Shown: positions 29,448-43,770, counted from the stretch's first letter. The stretch is DNA of 64,000 nt from Octopus vulgaris (GCA_951406725.2 OX597839.1:12090001-12154000), one strand, 5' to 3'. Made by a program: numbers and translations. The notes: generated by a model from the letters alone, not told the origin.

Positions 29448-29625
29448 GAAAGTTTACGAAAATAAGCAAAAGACGAAGGCAGGTGGAGTACAAACAAACA
29501 AATGTATTAGTATGGCGCTCAGGAATAGAAAAAAGTCTTTTACGTTTCGAGCCTACGCTCTTCGACAGAAAGATACACAGAAAAAAACAAGGAGAGAAAA
29601 AAAATGCGTGTAGGAGCTAACGATC
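29445..29625 (-). mobile_element. Short repeat with variant hammerhead motif at 29536-29573
   Basis: Minus strand UCUUU-CUGUCGA-A-GAGC(GUAG)GCUC-GAAA-CG-UA-AAAGA; flanked by (TA)n. Confidence 0.65.
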
Positions 29626-30088
29626 TATATATATATACATATACATTATATGTACTCGTGTTATCTGGAAAGGGATAATGTTAAATGGACACAAACTGGG
29701 GCTTGATCAGCCTTGGCTGGACCAACTGGCTGAAGTTATCTGATTGTTGAATGCTCGAAATATCCAACGACCCCAGGACTTTTCTCGTGTTTCCAAATGC
29801 ATCACAGGTTGACATGTGGAAAAATACACATGCACGCACACACAAACACACAAACATACAAGCACGCATGTCCACACATATAGTCATCAATTTTGTTTAA
29901 AACTCTTTTAAGCGCTAGTGGGAGATGTAGTGAAGTTGACAACTAAACAATGTTACGTTTATATTTTATATTTCAATATTTTTGGTTGAAATGCCCTTTA
30001 TCATTAAAAGTTGAGCATAGTGACGAGCTGTCATCTTTTGAACAGACATGTGTGAAGATGTCGCAACATACTAATCTACTTAATCTAG

Positions 30089-30400
30089 TTAGCTTCTATT
30101 GTTAATAGATGAATTCAGTTTACTGACGAGGACAAACTTATTAGTCCTCAAATTACCGATGTTCTGTTTTGTGACCTCGATGGTGACCGTGTTAATTTGG
30201 ATTCGAAAAATCTCTAGATATTTCTTAAGAGTATAATTCATGTGAACGTGTTTCTTAATACAAATATGCTGTTTATGAATTGTGTTTCTAATGTAGGACC
30301 CGCCACATTTATTGCAAGCTGTTTGGTACACAACGTAAGCCTTCGTTAATGGGACAACTGGTTAGTGGGCACATATTGAACACTAATATTGTTGCCCGTT
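30089..30400 (-). mobile_element. Decayed Penelope-like GIY-YIG endonuclease fragment
   Basis: YVVYQTACNKCGGSYIRNT.HK.HICIKKH...LVSKLNSSINNR resembles the PLE VVY..C..C...YIG.T.R.L..RI.EH...P.IN pattern. Confidence 0.6.
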
Positions 30401-30504
30401 GGACGATTCCCTCACAGAAACCTCTTTTGTGTGAGACCAGGATATATCGTCTGTATGTTCAATCCCTTTTGCAATGCATTTGATAGATTGCAGCAGAAAT
30501 TGTG

Positions 30505-30907
30505 TACTCTTACTCTTTTACTTGTTTCAGTCATTTGACTGTGGCCGTGCTGGAGCACCACCTTTTAGTCGAGCAAATCGACCCCAGGGCTTATTCTTTG
30601 TAAGCCTAGTACTTATTCTATCGGTATCTTTTGCCGAACCGCTAAGTGACGGGGAGGTAAATACACCAGCATTGGTTGTCAAGCGATGTTGGTGGTGGTG
30701 GTGGTGGTGGTGGGGTTTAAACACATAAATATACACACACACATACATATACATATATGTTTCCGTATGTCAAAACCACTCACAAGGCTTTGGTCGACCC
30801 GAGGCTATAGTAGAAGACACCTGCCCAAGGTGTCACGCAGTGGGACTGAACCCGGAACCATGTGGTTTATAAGCAAGCTACTTGCCACACGGCCACTCCT
30901 ACGCCTA
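30505..30907 (-). mobile_element. Full-length SINE family A
   Basis: Reverse complement of the 12561 copy, including the 3' end gactgaaacaagtaaaagagtaagagta. Confidence 0.9.
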
Positions 30908-30923
30908 CAAAACAGACCATATG

Positions 30924-31156
30924 CCTATTTCTCTACTACCCACAAGGGGCTAAACACAGAGAGGACAAACAAGGACAGACAAACGGATTAAGTCGATTAT
31001 ACCGACCCCAGTGCAAAACTGGTACTTATTTAATCGACCCCGAAAGGATGAAAGCCAAAGTTGACCTCGGCGGAATTTGAACTCAGAACGTAACGGCAGA
31101 CGAAATACCGCTAAGCATTTCGCCCGGCGTGCTAACGTTTCTGCCAGCTCGCCGCC
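30924..31156 (-). mobile_element. Full-length SINE family B
   Basis: Reverse complement of 21213-21442. Confidence 0.9.
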
Positions 31157-31773
31157 TGCTTAGTGTGCACATATTCAAAACACTGCAGCTTTAGAAGTAC
31201 TTATCATCTCTGGAGTTATGCTGGTAGATTTTGGTAAAAAAAACGTGGGTTACTATTATCCAAAAGAGCCTTTTGGAACTCCTTAGTTCTGTTTTCATTC
31301 CTATAATTTCCAACTTGCTTCATAATGGCTTTCTAAAACAATTTTAACAACTCTTTTAGCGATGCTTCATCCAGACTCCATTACTTGTATACCATCAAGC
31401 CTGAGGCAGGTTCACTTTTCTTTCATGTTGAATTTATATAATGTATTAGAGAACGAAACGAGCAAAGATACACTGACGAATTAAATTCTCAAAACATTGC
31501 GAGAAATATGTAATGTAAATAAATGAAATATCTTATGCATAGTTGAAATACGTAATGTCACCTGATACAATTCCTGTTAAGGTACAAAATGTTATGAGGT
31601 AGCAATGGCGACAAAATACTACGACGTAATTTAAACGAAGAAACATAACAAACTAGTAAGATAGGCGCCTTATGAAACTATAACAACACGCTTCTATGTC
31701 CGCCACTTTTATTAGGGTAATCTTATCCAGGGTATGTAATAAAAGAAATGAGGTCAACTTTTTGAGATTATAC

Positions 31774-31998
31774 GTTTCTTTATTACCCACAAGGGGCTAA
31801 ACACAGAGGGGACAAACGAGGACAGACAAAGGGATTAAGTTGATTACATGGACCCCAGTGCGAAACTGGTACTTAATTTATCGACCCTGAAAGGATGAAA
31901 GGCAAAGTCGGCCTCGGCGGAATTTGAACTCAGAACGTAACGACAGACGAAATACTGCTAAGCATTTCGCCCGGCGCGCTAATGTGTCTGCCAGCTCG
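31774..31998 (-). mobile_element. SINE family B
   Basis: Reverse complement of the 21213 copy; gagattata occurs on both flanks (probable TSD). Confidence 0.9.
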
Positions 31999-32190
31999 GA
32001 GATTATAACGAGGTACTCAGTCACAAAGTATTCTCAGAGAATCTTAACTAGGGTGTATATATATTAATGTACTAATAACGTATATGAAACACTAAAAGAG
32101 TACCTTAAATCAGAACCTGGTATATGAAATTGTATTCTAAGCCAGGGTATACACTGATACCCCAAAAGTAAATAGACAGCCTTCTTTATA

Positions 32191-32423
32191 CCTATTTCTT
32201 TACTACCCACAAGGGGCCAAACACAGAGAGGACAAACAAGGACAGACACACGGATTAAGTCGATTATATCGACCCCAGTGCGTAACTGGAACTTATTTAA
32301 TCGACCCCGAAAGGATGAAAGGCAAAGTCAACCTCGGCGGAATTTGAACTCAGAACGTAACGGCAGACGAAATACGGCTACGTATTTCGCCCTGCGCGCT
32401 AACGATTCTGCCAGCTCGCCGCC
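32191..32423 (-). mobile_element. Full-length SINE family B
   Basis: Reverse complement of the 21213 copy. Confidence 0.9.
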
Positions 32424-32504
32424 ACTCTACTCATTAGTATGATGCCCAAAATATTTACTAAATATTAGATTAAGTGGTACTCTGTCAAAGTATTCTCAAA
32501 TACT

Positions 32505-32914
32505 TTGAAAAGACCTAATCGTCAGCATGGAGCTCTGCTGCACGACAACGCCCGCCCTCATATCGCCAATATGACCAAGGAAGCCATTCAAACGCATGGC
32601 TGGCAAGTGCTGCCACACCCGCCGTACTCTCCTCATTTGGCACCAACGGATTTCTACCTCTTTCGATCTCTTTCAAATGCTATGCGCAATTTCGTTCGAT
32701 ACTGAGGCAGAATTGAGAGCTTGGTTGGACCAATTTTTGGAGTCGAAATTGGGTGATTTCTACCAACGAGGTATTGAAAATCTTGTTGAACGTTGGAAAG
32801 AAGTTGTAAACAACAAGGATGAATGGATTATTGATTAATTAGTTGTTATTTTTTATTAAACCTTTTAAAAAATTAAAATTTAAAAAAACGGTGGGAACTT
32901 TGTTGCCAGTCTAA
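32505..32914 (+). mobile_element. mariner DD34D 3' fragment with TIR
   Basis: LLHDNARPH...LPHPPYSPHLAPTDFYLFRSL (D34D), a frameshift, then FYQRGIENLVERW.EVV; TIR aaaacggtgggaactttgttgccagtctaa followed by TA. Confidence 0.9.
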
Positions 32915-32922
32915 TACATACA

Positions 32923-32970
<48 letters not shown>

Positions 32971-32984
32971 CATGTATGTATGTT

Positions 32985-33120
32985 TTCGTCTATCAAATCC
33001 ACACACAAGGCTTTGGTTGACCCGAGGCTAAAGTAGAAGGTACTTGCCCAAGGTGCCACGTAGAGGGATTGAACCCAAGAACCACGTGGTTGGGAAGCAA
33101 GCTTCTTACCCCATAGCCAC
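32985..33120 (-). mobile_element. SINE family A head
   Basis: cttgcccaaggtgccacg...gaacccaagaaccacgtggttgggaagcaagc. Confidence 0.75.
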
Positions 33121-33124
33121 GATT

Positions 33125-36100
33125 TCAGTACTTCAATATCTCCTCTGAACATGAGCAGCTCATTATAACCCTTAGCCTCTAGTACCTCACTAAAATCCCT
33201 GGCCTTGGGTACTTCATCTTAGCTAATGGGTTTGGCTATGTCATTGTCACTTTTGGTTTGTATTCAAAATAATGTAATATTTTGTGTACCTCACTACAGC
33301 TACTGGCTTTCAGTACCTCACTATAATGTCTAGCCTTCAGTACTTTACTATAACTATCGCCCTTCAGTACCACATTATAAAATCTGATCTCTATAACTAC
33401 TCTGGCCTTGAGTATCTCACTATCTTCTTTGACTCTGAGCACCTCAACAGGTACTTTCCGTACCTTACTGTACCTCCTAGCTTTAGCATTTCAATATAAT
33501 ATTTCAACTTGGGCACCTCACTATAAACTCATACTGTGTAACTCGCTATAATTTGATAGACTCAGTAAAACCTCTGGCCGTGATTGACTCGTCTTAATCT
33601 CTGACTTTGAGTGACTCATTTGAACTTTTGGTCCTGAGTGATTCCTTGTGACCTTAGGTCTTGAATACTTCCGCATAACTTCTGACCTTCAATGATTCAT
33701 TATAACCCCTGGCCTTGAGTACCTCACTATCTTCTCTGCCCCTGAGCGCCTCAGTATAAACCACGACCTTCAGTACCTCACTATATCTGCTGGCCTTACT
33801 GCTTCAGTATCTCCTAACTTGGGTACCTCATTGTAAACTCTGACATTGAGTACCTTCGCTATAATCTCTGATCTTGAGTACCACACTAAAATCCCTGGCC
33901 ATGAATACCTCATTGTGAGTCCTGATCTCGCGTAACTGACCTTGGGTACCTCACTATCTTCTCCGACCAAAGGTACCCATATATAAGCCGTGAGCTTCAG
34001 TTCTTACCCATAACCTTTGGCCTCCAGCGCCTCAGTAAAACTACTGACCCTCAGTACATCATTATAACCCCTGGTTTGGAGTACCAAACAATAATAGCTG
34101 ACCTTCAGAATCTCATTATATTCTCTGCTGTTGCTGAGACTCAGAACTTCCATATAAATGCTGGCGTTCGAGGTTTCAATATATACCCTTGCTGTTAACG
34201 CGTTATTAAAACCCTTATTTTCAGAACCTCAGGATATAGCCTCTAACTATGAGTACTTCGAATTAACCCCCGAACCTGAGTACATTATAATAACCTTAGG
34301 CCATGGCTATGTCACTAAAACTTCTAGATATGTGTATTTTACTACAACTTCCCTTGTTGAGTGTCCCAGTGTAACTGTGGGACTTTAGTGCCTTACAAGG
34401 ATTTCTGATCTTGAGTATCTTAATACCTCTGGCCTTAAGCATGTCAACATACAGCCAGGCTTTGAGTGCCTCACTATATCATATGGCTTTCAGTACTTTA
34501 TTCTAAATGTTGGCCTTGAGTAATATGTCATAACCCCTGGCTTTAATAGACTCAGTAAAACCTTTGGGTGCAATTGACTCGTCTTAATGTCTTACTTTGA
34601 GTGACTCATTAGAACTTTTGACCCTGAGTAATTCCTTGTGACCTCCGGCCTTGAATACTTCTGCATAACTTCTGACCTTCAATGATTCATCATAACGTCT
34701 GGCCTTGAGTGAATCATCATAATATCTGGCCTTCAATAACGCATTATAACCTCTATTTTTGAGTGGTTATAACCACTGGCCTTGAGTACCTCCGTATAAT
34801 GATAGTGAATCATTATAATCTCTGGCCTTGAGTGACTCGTCATAATATCTGGCCTTCAGTGTCTCGTTATAACATCTAGCCTTGAGTGGCTCATTACAAC
34901 CTCTGGCTTTGGGTGACTCTTTATAACCTCTGGCCTTGTGTACCTTTCTATAACCTTTGGTCTTCAGTGACACATTATAACCTCTGGCTTTGGGTGACTC
35001 GTTAAAACCTCTGGCCTTGAGTGACTCGTCATAATATCTGGCCTTGAGTGACTCTTTATATCCGCTGGCCTTGAGTGGCTCATTACAACCTCTGGCTTTG
35101 GGTGACTCTTTATAACCTCTGGCCTTGTCTAGCTTTCTATAACCTTTGGTCTTCAGTGACACATTATAACCTCTGGCTTTGGGTGACTCGTTAAAACCTC
35201 TGGCCTTGAGTGACTCGTCATAATATCTGGCCTTGAGTGACTCTTTATATCCGCTGGCCTTGAGTGGCTCATTACAACCTCTGGCTTTGGGTGACTCTTT
35301 ATAACCTCTGGCCTTGTCTAGCTTTCTATAACCTTTGGTCTTCAGTGACACATTATATCCTCTGGCCTTAAGTGACTCGTCATAATATCTGGCCTTGAGT
35401 GACTCTTTATATCCGCTGGCCTTGAACACCTCTGTATGACCTCTGGTCCTCAGTGACCCATGATAACCTCAGACTTTGGGTGACTCGTCATAACCTCTGG
35501 CCTTGAGGGACTCGTCATAATATCTGGCCTTGAGTGACTCATTATAACTTCTGGCTTTTAGTACCTCAGCATAACCTCTGGCCTTGTGTACCTTTCTATA
35601 ACCTTTGGTCTTCAGTGGCTCATTATAACATCTGGCTTTGGGTGACTCGTTATAACCTCTGGCCTTGAGTGACTCTTTATATCCGCTGGCCTTGAGCATC
35701 TCAGTATAACCTCTGGCCTTGAGTGACTCTTTATAACCTCTGGCCTTGAATGACACGTTATAATATCTGGCCTTGAGTGACTCATAACCTCTGACCTTAG
35801 GTACTTCCATATAACAACGGGCCTTCGGTGACTCATCATAACCTCTAGCCTTCAGTGACTCATTAAAACCTCTGGCCTTGAGTTACTCGTCATAATATCT
35901 GACCTTCAGTGACTCATTATAACTTCAAGCCTTGAGTGACTCATTATAACATCTGGACTTGAGTACCTCAGCATAACCTCTGGCCTCGAATACTTCATTA
36001 TAAGGTCTGGCCTTGAGCATCACATCAAACTCTCTGACCTAGAGTATTTCATTATTATATCTGGCCTTGAGTGGCACATTGAAACATCTGGCCTCGAGGA

Positions 36101-39100
36101 CTTCACTCTAACCTTTGGTCTTGAGTACGTCCAGCTTTGATTATCTATTTTAAAACATCTGGCCTTGAATGTCTCGTTAATAGGTTTGACCTCGAACAAC
36201 TTAGTATAATCTCTGACTTTAAATACATTAACCTCTGGCCTTGAGTACTACTTTATGAACTGTGGCCTTGAGTAACTCATTGTAAGGTCTATCTTTGACT
36301 ACCACAGTTTACTATCGGGGCTGGAGTCCTTCAGTATAATATTAGGCCTTGAGTACCTTACAATAATCTCTGATCTGGAGAAGGTAACTTTAAACTTTGG
36401 TTAGATACCTTATCATAACTTGTAGCAATGAATAACTAATCAGAACCCCTGGCTTTCAATGCTATACGATATACTTCTGGCCTTCAGTACCCTGTGAAAA
36501 TATCTGGTCTTGCATACTTCACTATAACTTCTGGTTTGTGTACTTTGTTTAAGACTGGCATCGAGTACTGCATTATAAGTTTGGCTTTGAATATCTCAAG
36601 AAATCTTTACCAAAACCTCTGGGCATGTTTACCTTAGTAAAATCTCAGTCCTTGAGTATCTCATTTTAAGCTCAGAACATGAGTGCATCACTATAAGATC
36701 TGGCCTCAAGACCTTATTATAAGGTTTGATTCTGAGTACTTCATTATACCCTCTGGCTTTGAGTACCTCAATTTCAGTTCTGTTTTTGGGACCTTATTTT
36801 AAGCCCTGGCCTTGAGTAGTTCAATTTCGGCTCTGGCCTTGAGTACCTCAATTTTAGCTCTGGCTGTAAGTACCTCATCTTAAGCTCTGTTTTTGAGACT
36901 TTATTTTAAGCCCTGGCTTTGAATACTTTATTTAACGCTCTGGCCTGGAATATTTCAATTTCAGTTCTGACATTGGGTATCTCATCTTAGTTTGAACTTG
37001 GACACCATATGGAGTTGGCCTTGCGTCCTTCATCTTAAGCTCTGGTCTTGAAACCTTATTCTAAGCTCTGTCTTTGAGTACCCTAGTTTCGCCTTTAGCT
37101 TTGAGCAGCTCGGTTTCAGCTCTGGCCTTCATTGATTCAGTTTCCTCTCTGGCCTTGCTTTTTACATCTTAAGTTCTGACCTTGAGACCTTATTTTAAGC
37201 TCTGCTTTTGGGATCTATTTTAAACTTTGGCCTTGAGTAGTTCAGTTTCAGCTCTGGCTTTAAGTACCTCATCTTAAGCTCTGTTTTTGAGACTTTATTT
37301 TAAGCCCTGGCTTTGAATACTTTATCTAACGCTCTAGCCTGGAATAATTCAATTTCAGTTCTGACTTTGAGTACCACATCTTACTTTGAACTTGGACACC
37401 ATATAAAATGCTCTTATCCTAATGACAACCGTATAAGGTCAGGCCTTGGAGACCGCTTTATGAACTCTGGTCTTGAGTACTTCATTATAAGCTCTGGCTT
37501 GGAGTATCACCTTATAATCTTTAGCCCTGAGTACTCAACTAAAATAACTGGTCTTGAGTACCTTACATTCACATCTGGCTTTGAACACCACATCCTAAAC
37601 TCTGCCATATTACCTCACTATAGCCTTGTTTACTTCAGTATAAGTTCTGGCTTTGAGTACCTCATTTTAAGATCGGGATCTCAGTAACTTCTGGCTGTGA
37701 AGACCTCAGTATAAGCGCAAACACTGACTACTTTATTTTAGTCTATGATTTTGAGTACCTCATTTTAAGCTCTGGCCTCGAGTACCTCAGTATAACCGCC
37801 GGCCTTGAAAACTTCAATTTAAGATCTGGTCTGTATAAGGTCTGGCTTTGGATACTACATTATACTTCTTAACTTAAATACTCCTTTATAACCACTGGTC
37901 AATAACTTTATATACTCTGGCATGTAGTACCTCATTATAAGCCCTGGCTTTGAATACTACATTGTATCCTCCGGCTTTAATATCTGGCCTTGAATATCTC
38001 ACAGTATCTCACTAAAATATCTGGCCTTGAGTATCTCAGTTGCTTCTAACCATGTGAATTTCGATCCAACCTTGGGTCCTGAGTACCTCATCATAGCTTT
38101 TAACCTTGAGTATCTCATTAAAGCGCCCGGTTTTGAATATTTCATTATAATCTCTGGTATGAGTACCTCATTAAAAGGTTTAGTCTTGAGTGCCAATGTG
38201 TAAGCTCTGGCCATGAGTACCTCGTTTCAAGCTTAGACTTTGAGTACAGTACGTTACCTCACTTCGACCTCTGCAACATCTTTACTTCCGTATAATCCCT
38301 GGCCTTGAGTATCCCAAGTAATGAAGCACTCAAGTGTAGAGTAAAGTCCACACTTGAGTACCTCATTAGATGTTCTGAGTGTGAGCGCCTTACTGTATTA
38401 TCCGTCTTCAGTATTTCACTATAACGTCTGGCTTTGAGTACTTCACTCCAACCCTTGGCCTTGCATGTTTCATTATAACTTAAGCTCTTGAGTATCTCTT
38501 AAAAACGTCTGGCTTTCTGTACCCCCTATATCCCTTCACTTCGAGTACCCTATTAACAACTCTGCCTTGAGGACCTGGTTATAGCTGCTGCTTTGAAGTA
38601 CCTCAGTATAGTAGTTAGTCTTGAGTGGCTCAGTTTAAAATATAACTTTGAGTACTAAAACTTCTGACCTCGAGTGACTCATGATAATCTCAGGCCTTGA
38701 GTGACTCGTTATAATCTCTGGCCTTGAGCGACTCGGAATAACCTCTGACTTGAGTACCTCCATATAGCCTCTGGCTTTGAGTGATTCATTATAATCTCTA
38801 TCCTTGAGTGACTCATTAAAACATCTGTCTTTGAGTGACTCCTTATAAGTCCTGGCTTTGTTATAACCTCTGGCTTTGAGTATCTACGTATAACTTCTGG
38901 CCTTCAATGGCTCATTATAAACTTTGGCCTTGAGTGATACGTCATAACCTCTGGCTTTGTGTACCGTCATACAAAGTTTGCTTTTGAGTGACTCATAAAC
39001 TCTTGCCTTGAGTAGCTTATTATAACCCTTGGCCTTGAGTGACTCATTATTATCTCCGGCGTTAGTGACTCGTTAAAACATCTGGCCTTGAATAACTCGT

Positions 39101-40642
39101 CACAACCTCTGACTTGGAGTATCTCTATACAACCTCTGGCTTTGAGTGACTCGTCATAATCTCTAGCCTTGAGTGAGTCATTAGAATCTATGTCTTTGAG
39201 TAACTTATTACCGGGGACCTTGAGTACCTCCGTATAACCTCTGGCCTTGAATGATTCACTATAATCTCTGGCTCTTGAGTGACTCATTAAAGTCTCTGGG
39301 TTTGAGTAACTTATTATAACTCTAGACCTTGAGCAACGCAATATTATCTCCAGCGTTGAGTGACTCCTTAAAACATATGGCTTTGAGTGACTCATCATAA
39401 TCTGATTCGTTATAACCTCTGGCCTTGAGTGACTCATTATAAGTTCCTGTCCTAAGTATGATATTATAAGTTCAGTTTTTGAGTAGCTCATTATAACCCC
39501 TGGCCTTGAGTAACTCATTACAACCTTCGGCCTTGAGTGACCCATCATTTGTTCGTGTTCTGAATAAAACATTATTAGCTCGATCTATGAGTACCTCATT
39601 ATAAAGGATGGCCTTGAGTACCTCACATTAACTTCTAGTTAGGTTTACCTTTATATCATTTCTGGCCTCGAGTATTTCAAAATAATATCTTGTCTTCGGT
39701 GACTCATTTAACTTCTGACATTAAATGTGTGATGTGTGTGACCCTCTTCGGTCATGACACTGACCATGGGCTTGCACCTAGAAAGTTACCCTCCCAGGCA
39801 CAATAAACCAATAAACCTTGGCCTTGAGTATCTGCGTAACCTCTGGCCTTAAGTAGCTCTTTATAAATCCTGGCCTCGTGTACCTTCATACAGACTTTGG
39901 CTTTGAGTGAGTCATTACAACGTCTGTACTTGAGTATCTGCGTATAAACTCTGACCTTGATATAGTCATTATGATCTCTAGCCTTTACTATCTGCGTATA
40001 ACCTCTGGCCTGGAGTGGCTCATAATAAACTCTGGTCTTAAGTAACTTATTATAACCTCTGGCCTTGAGTACCTACCGATGACCTCTGGCCTTGAGTGAC
40101 TCATCATTACCTATGGTTTTGGCTAACACACTATAACCTCTGACCTTGATAGAGTCATTATAACCCTTGGCCTTGACGGACTCGTTATAACGCCTGGATT
40201 TGAGTTCCTCCATACAGCCTTAGGCTTTGAGTGACTTATTGTAACCTCTGGCCTTGAGTATCTACTTATAACCTTTGGCTTTGAGTGACTCACTATAACA
40301 TCTGACCTTCATTGACACATCATAACCTCTGGTTTTGAGTAACATACTATAACCTCTGGTCTTGATAGAGTGCTTATAACCTCTAGCCTTGTGTGACTCG
40401 TCATAACTTCTGGCCTTGTATACCTTCATACAGACTTTAGTTTTGAGTGACTCATTAAAGCATCTGGCCTTCAGTGACTTATTATAACCTCTGGCTTTGA
40501 GTATCTACGTATAACCTCTGGCGTTGAGTGACTTGTCATAACCTCTGCCCATGAGTACTTTTAGTCTTGATAAACTCAGTATTATCACTGGGCTTGAGTG
40601 ACTCGTCATAACCTCTGCCTATGTGTACTTCCATATAGCTCT
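33125..40642 (-). repeat. 27-bp minisatellite, arm A (consensus ataacctctggccttgagtgactcatt on +), roughly 270 units
   Basis: ctctggccttgagt recurs with a 27-bp period; minus-strand ORFs show a 9-aa repeat (KARGYKESL). Confidence 0.9.
39734..39803. mobile_element. Short non-satellite insert in arm A, probably a SINE/LINE 3' tail
   Basis: gaccctcttcggtcatgacactgaccatgggcttgcacctagaaagttaccctcc interrupts the periodicity next to a short (GT)n run. Confidence 0.45.
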
Positions 40643-43600
40643 CAAGTAAAGACACCACAACTGGAAGCAGTTTAAAACACATGCCCAGAAAATTAGTGAG
40701 ATATAGAATGAGACATTGAGTGCCAACCTATATAGTGGCACAGAGAAGGTCAAACACTATAGTCGGACAGTCGAAGTCCGACACCATAGAGGGAAAGTCA
40801 AGGTCAGATACATATCGAGACAGTCAACATTAGACATTACAGTGGGGGCAGTGAAGGTCAGACACTATAGTACAACAGTCAGGGCCAGATTTCATAGTGG
40901 GTCGGTCAAAGCCAGACATTATAGTGGGACAGTTATGTTCAGACGCTACAGTCAGACAATCATGGTCAGACACTACAGTGGGAAAGTAAATGCCACACAC
41001 TATAATAGGACAGTCAAGGTCAGACACTATAGTGGGACAGTCAAGGTCAGACATTATAACTGGACAGTCATAATCAGACGCTACAGTGGGACAGTGAACG
41101 TGAAATACTATAGTAGGACAGTCAAGGGCTGACACTATAGTGGGACACTCAACATTAGACGTTATAGTAGCACAGTCATGGTCAGACACCATAGTGGGAC
41201 AGTCAAAGCAAAACATTATAGTGGGACAGTCATAATCAGACGCTACAACGAGACAGTAATGATCAAACACTGCAGTGGGGCAGTGAACGCCAGACACTAT
41301 AGTAGGACAGTGAAGATAAGATATTATAGTTGGACAGTTAAGGTCAGGCCGCGACAATGAGACAGTCATGATCAGACACTACAATGGGACAGTGAAGGAC
41401 AGACACTACAAAGGAATATTCAAGGCCAGACATCATAGTTCTACAGAGGGACAGTCAAAGCCAGGCATAACAATGGAACAGTAAAAGTTAGATATCATAG
41501 TTAGATATCAATGTCAGACCCTACAGAAAGGCAGTCAAGGCTAGAGACTATAGGGAGGCAATGAAGGTTAGATGTCATTGTGGGACAGTCAAGGTCAAGA
41601 AAGATAGTGGGACAGTCAAGGCTACATATTATAATAGGTCAAAGAAGGTTAGATTTATAGTGGGACGTTCAAGGTCATACACTGCAAAAGGACAGCCAAG
41701 GCCAGACCTTACAGAGGAACAGTCAACGTCAGACGATATAGTCGCACAGTGAAGGTCAGACACTATACTGGGACAGTTAAAGTGAGTCATCAGACTGGGA
41801 CAGTCGAGGTCAGGCATTATGGTGGTCAGTGAAGCTCAAACATTACAGTGGGGAAGTCGAGATCCGAAACTACAGTGGTGTAGTCAATGCCAGATATTAT
41901 AGTGGGACAGTCATAGTCAGACACTACAGTGGGACAGCCAAGGCCAGATACAATAGTGGGATAGTCAAGGTTAGACATTTTAGTAGGACAGTCAAGTTCA
42001 GACTCTATAGTGGTACAGTCAAGGTCAATCACCACAGTGGGACAGTGAGGGCCAGATATTATAGTGGAGCATTCAAAGGGAGACACTGCAGTGGGATAGT
42101 CAAGGTCAGACACAACAGTTAGATAGTGAAGGACAGTCATTACAGCGGAACAGTAAAGAACATATATTATAGTGAGACAGGTAAGGTCAGAGATCATAGT
42201 AGGACAGTTAAAGCTACGCATTATTGTATGGTAGTCAAGGTCAGAATTATAGTGGAACAGTCAAAAGTCTGGACATTGTAGTTGGACAGTCAGTTATACA
42301 CTACAGTGGCACAAACAAGGCGAGGCATTATAGTGGGAGAATCATGGTCAGACTCAACAGTGGGACAAAGTCAGGCATCTTAGTGGATCAGTCAAGGTCA
42401 TACGTTATAGTGAGACAGTTTAGGTCAGACATCATAGTAGGACAGACAAAGCCAGACATTATTATACTGCGATACTAAAGATCAGTTACTACAGTGGGAG
42501 AGCCAAAGTCAGACATTTTAGGAAGACAGTGAAGGTCAGATTCTGTAGTGGGGAATTCAAAGTGAGAAATCATAATGCGAGACACAAGGCCAGGCATTAC
42601 AGTGAGACAGTCAAGGCCAGACACTATAGAAGAATAGTGAATGTCAAGCGCTACCGTGGGACATTGAAGGTCAGCCATTATCGCTTGACAGTCAAAGTCA
42701 AAGGATACAATGACAAAGTCAAGTCTAGACGTTATAGTCAAGGTCAGCTTTTATAGCGGGACGGTCGTGGCCAGACGTTATAGTGGGACAGTCAGTGCGA
42801 GAAATTTCAGTGGGATTCTTCAGGTCACACACTGCCGTGGAACATTCAAATCGTGGGATAGTCACGTAAAATACTGTAATGAATCAGTTAATGTCTGAGA
42901 CTATAATGGGTCACGCACGGTGAGACATTATATTGTGACAGTCAAGATCAGATAATATAGTGGGACAGTTAAGGTTAGACTTTATAGTGGGACAGTTAAG
43001 GTTAGACTTTATAGTGGGACAGTGAAGGTCAGACACTACTGTGCGAGTTTAAAGGCTAGGAAATATGATGGGACAGTGAAGGCCAACTACTACAGTGCGA
43101 AAGTCAAGACTAGATATTGCTGTAGGACAGTGAAAGTCTGAAACACCAGTCGGGCAATCAAGGCTGGACTTTATAGTGGGACAGTCAAGGTCAGACATAA
43201 TAGTTGCACTGGAAAAGTTAGACACGGTAGTGGGACAGTCAAGGTCAGATAACATGTTGGGAGAGTCAAGGCCAGATTTGAAAATGGGAGAGTCAAAGTC
43301 AGACACTACAGTGGGATGTCAAGGTCAGGCATATAGTGGGACAGTCAAAGTCAGATACTATAGAGGGATAGTCAAGATCAGACGCTACAAGAGAACAATC
43401 ATGGTCAGACAGAATTCTATGACAATCAAGGTGGTATACTATAGTGGGATAGTGAAGGCCAGGCATTATAGTTCTACTATCATGGTCAGACACTATAGCG
43501 GTCTGTGAATGTCAGACACTATAGAGGAACGACCAGGGTCAGATTCTCTAGTCGTATAGTCAAGATCAAACCCTATAGTGGGACGGTCTAGGTCAGACAC

Positions 43601-43770
43601 TATAATGAGATAGAGCCAGACACTCTAGTGGTATGCTCAAGGACAGATACTACGTTGAGACAGTTATGGTGAACACTTTAGTGACACAGTCAAAACGAGA
43701 CGTTACAGCGGGTGTCTAAAGTCTGGTATTACATTGAGATAGTCGAAGTAAGACATTATAGTAAGGTAGT

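Noticed and set aside
30122-30155. ctgacga-ggac...gtcc hammerhead-like start
   Set aside because: It is followed by tcaaa rather than gaaa, has no helix I, and lies antisense within a GIY-YIG relic.
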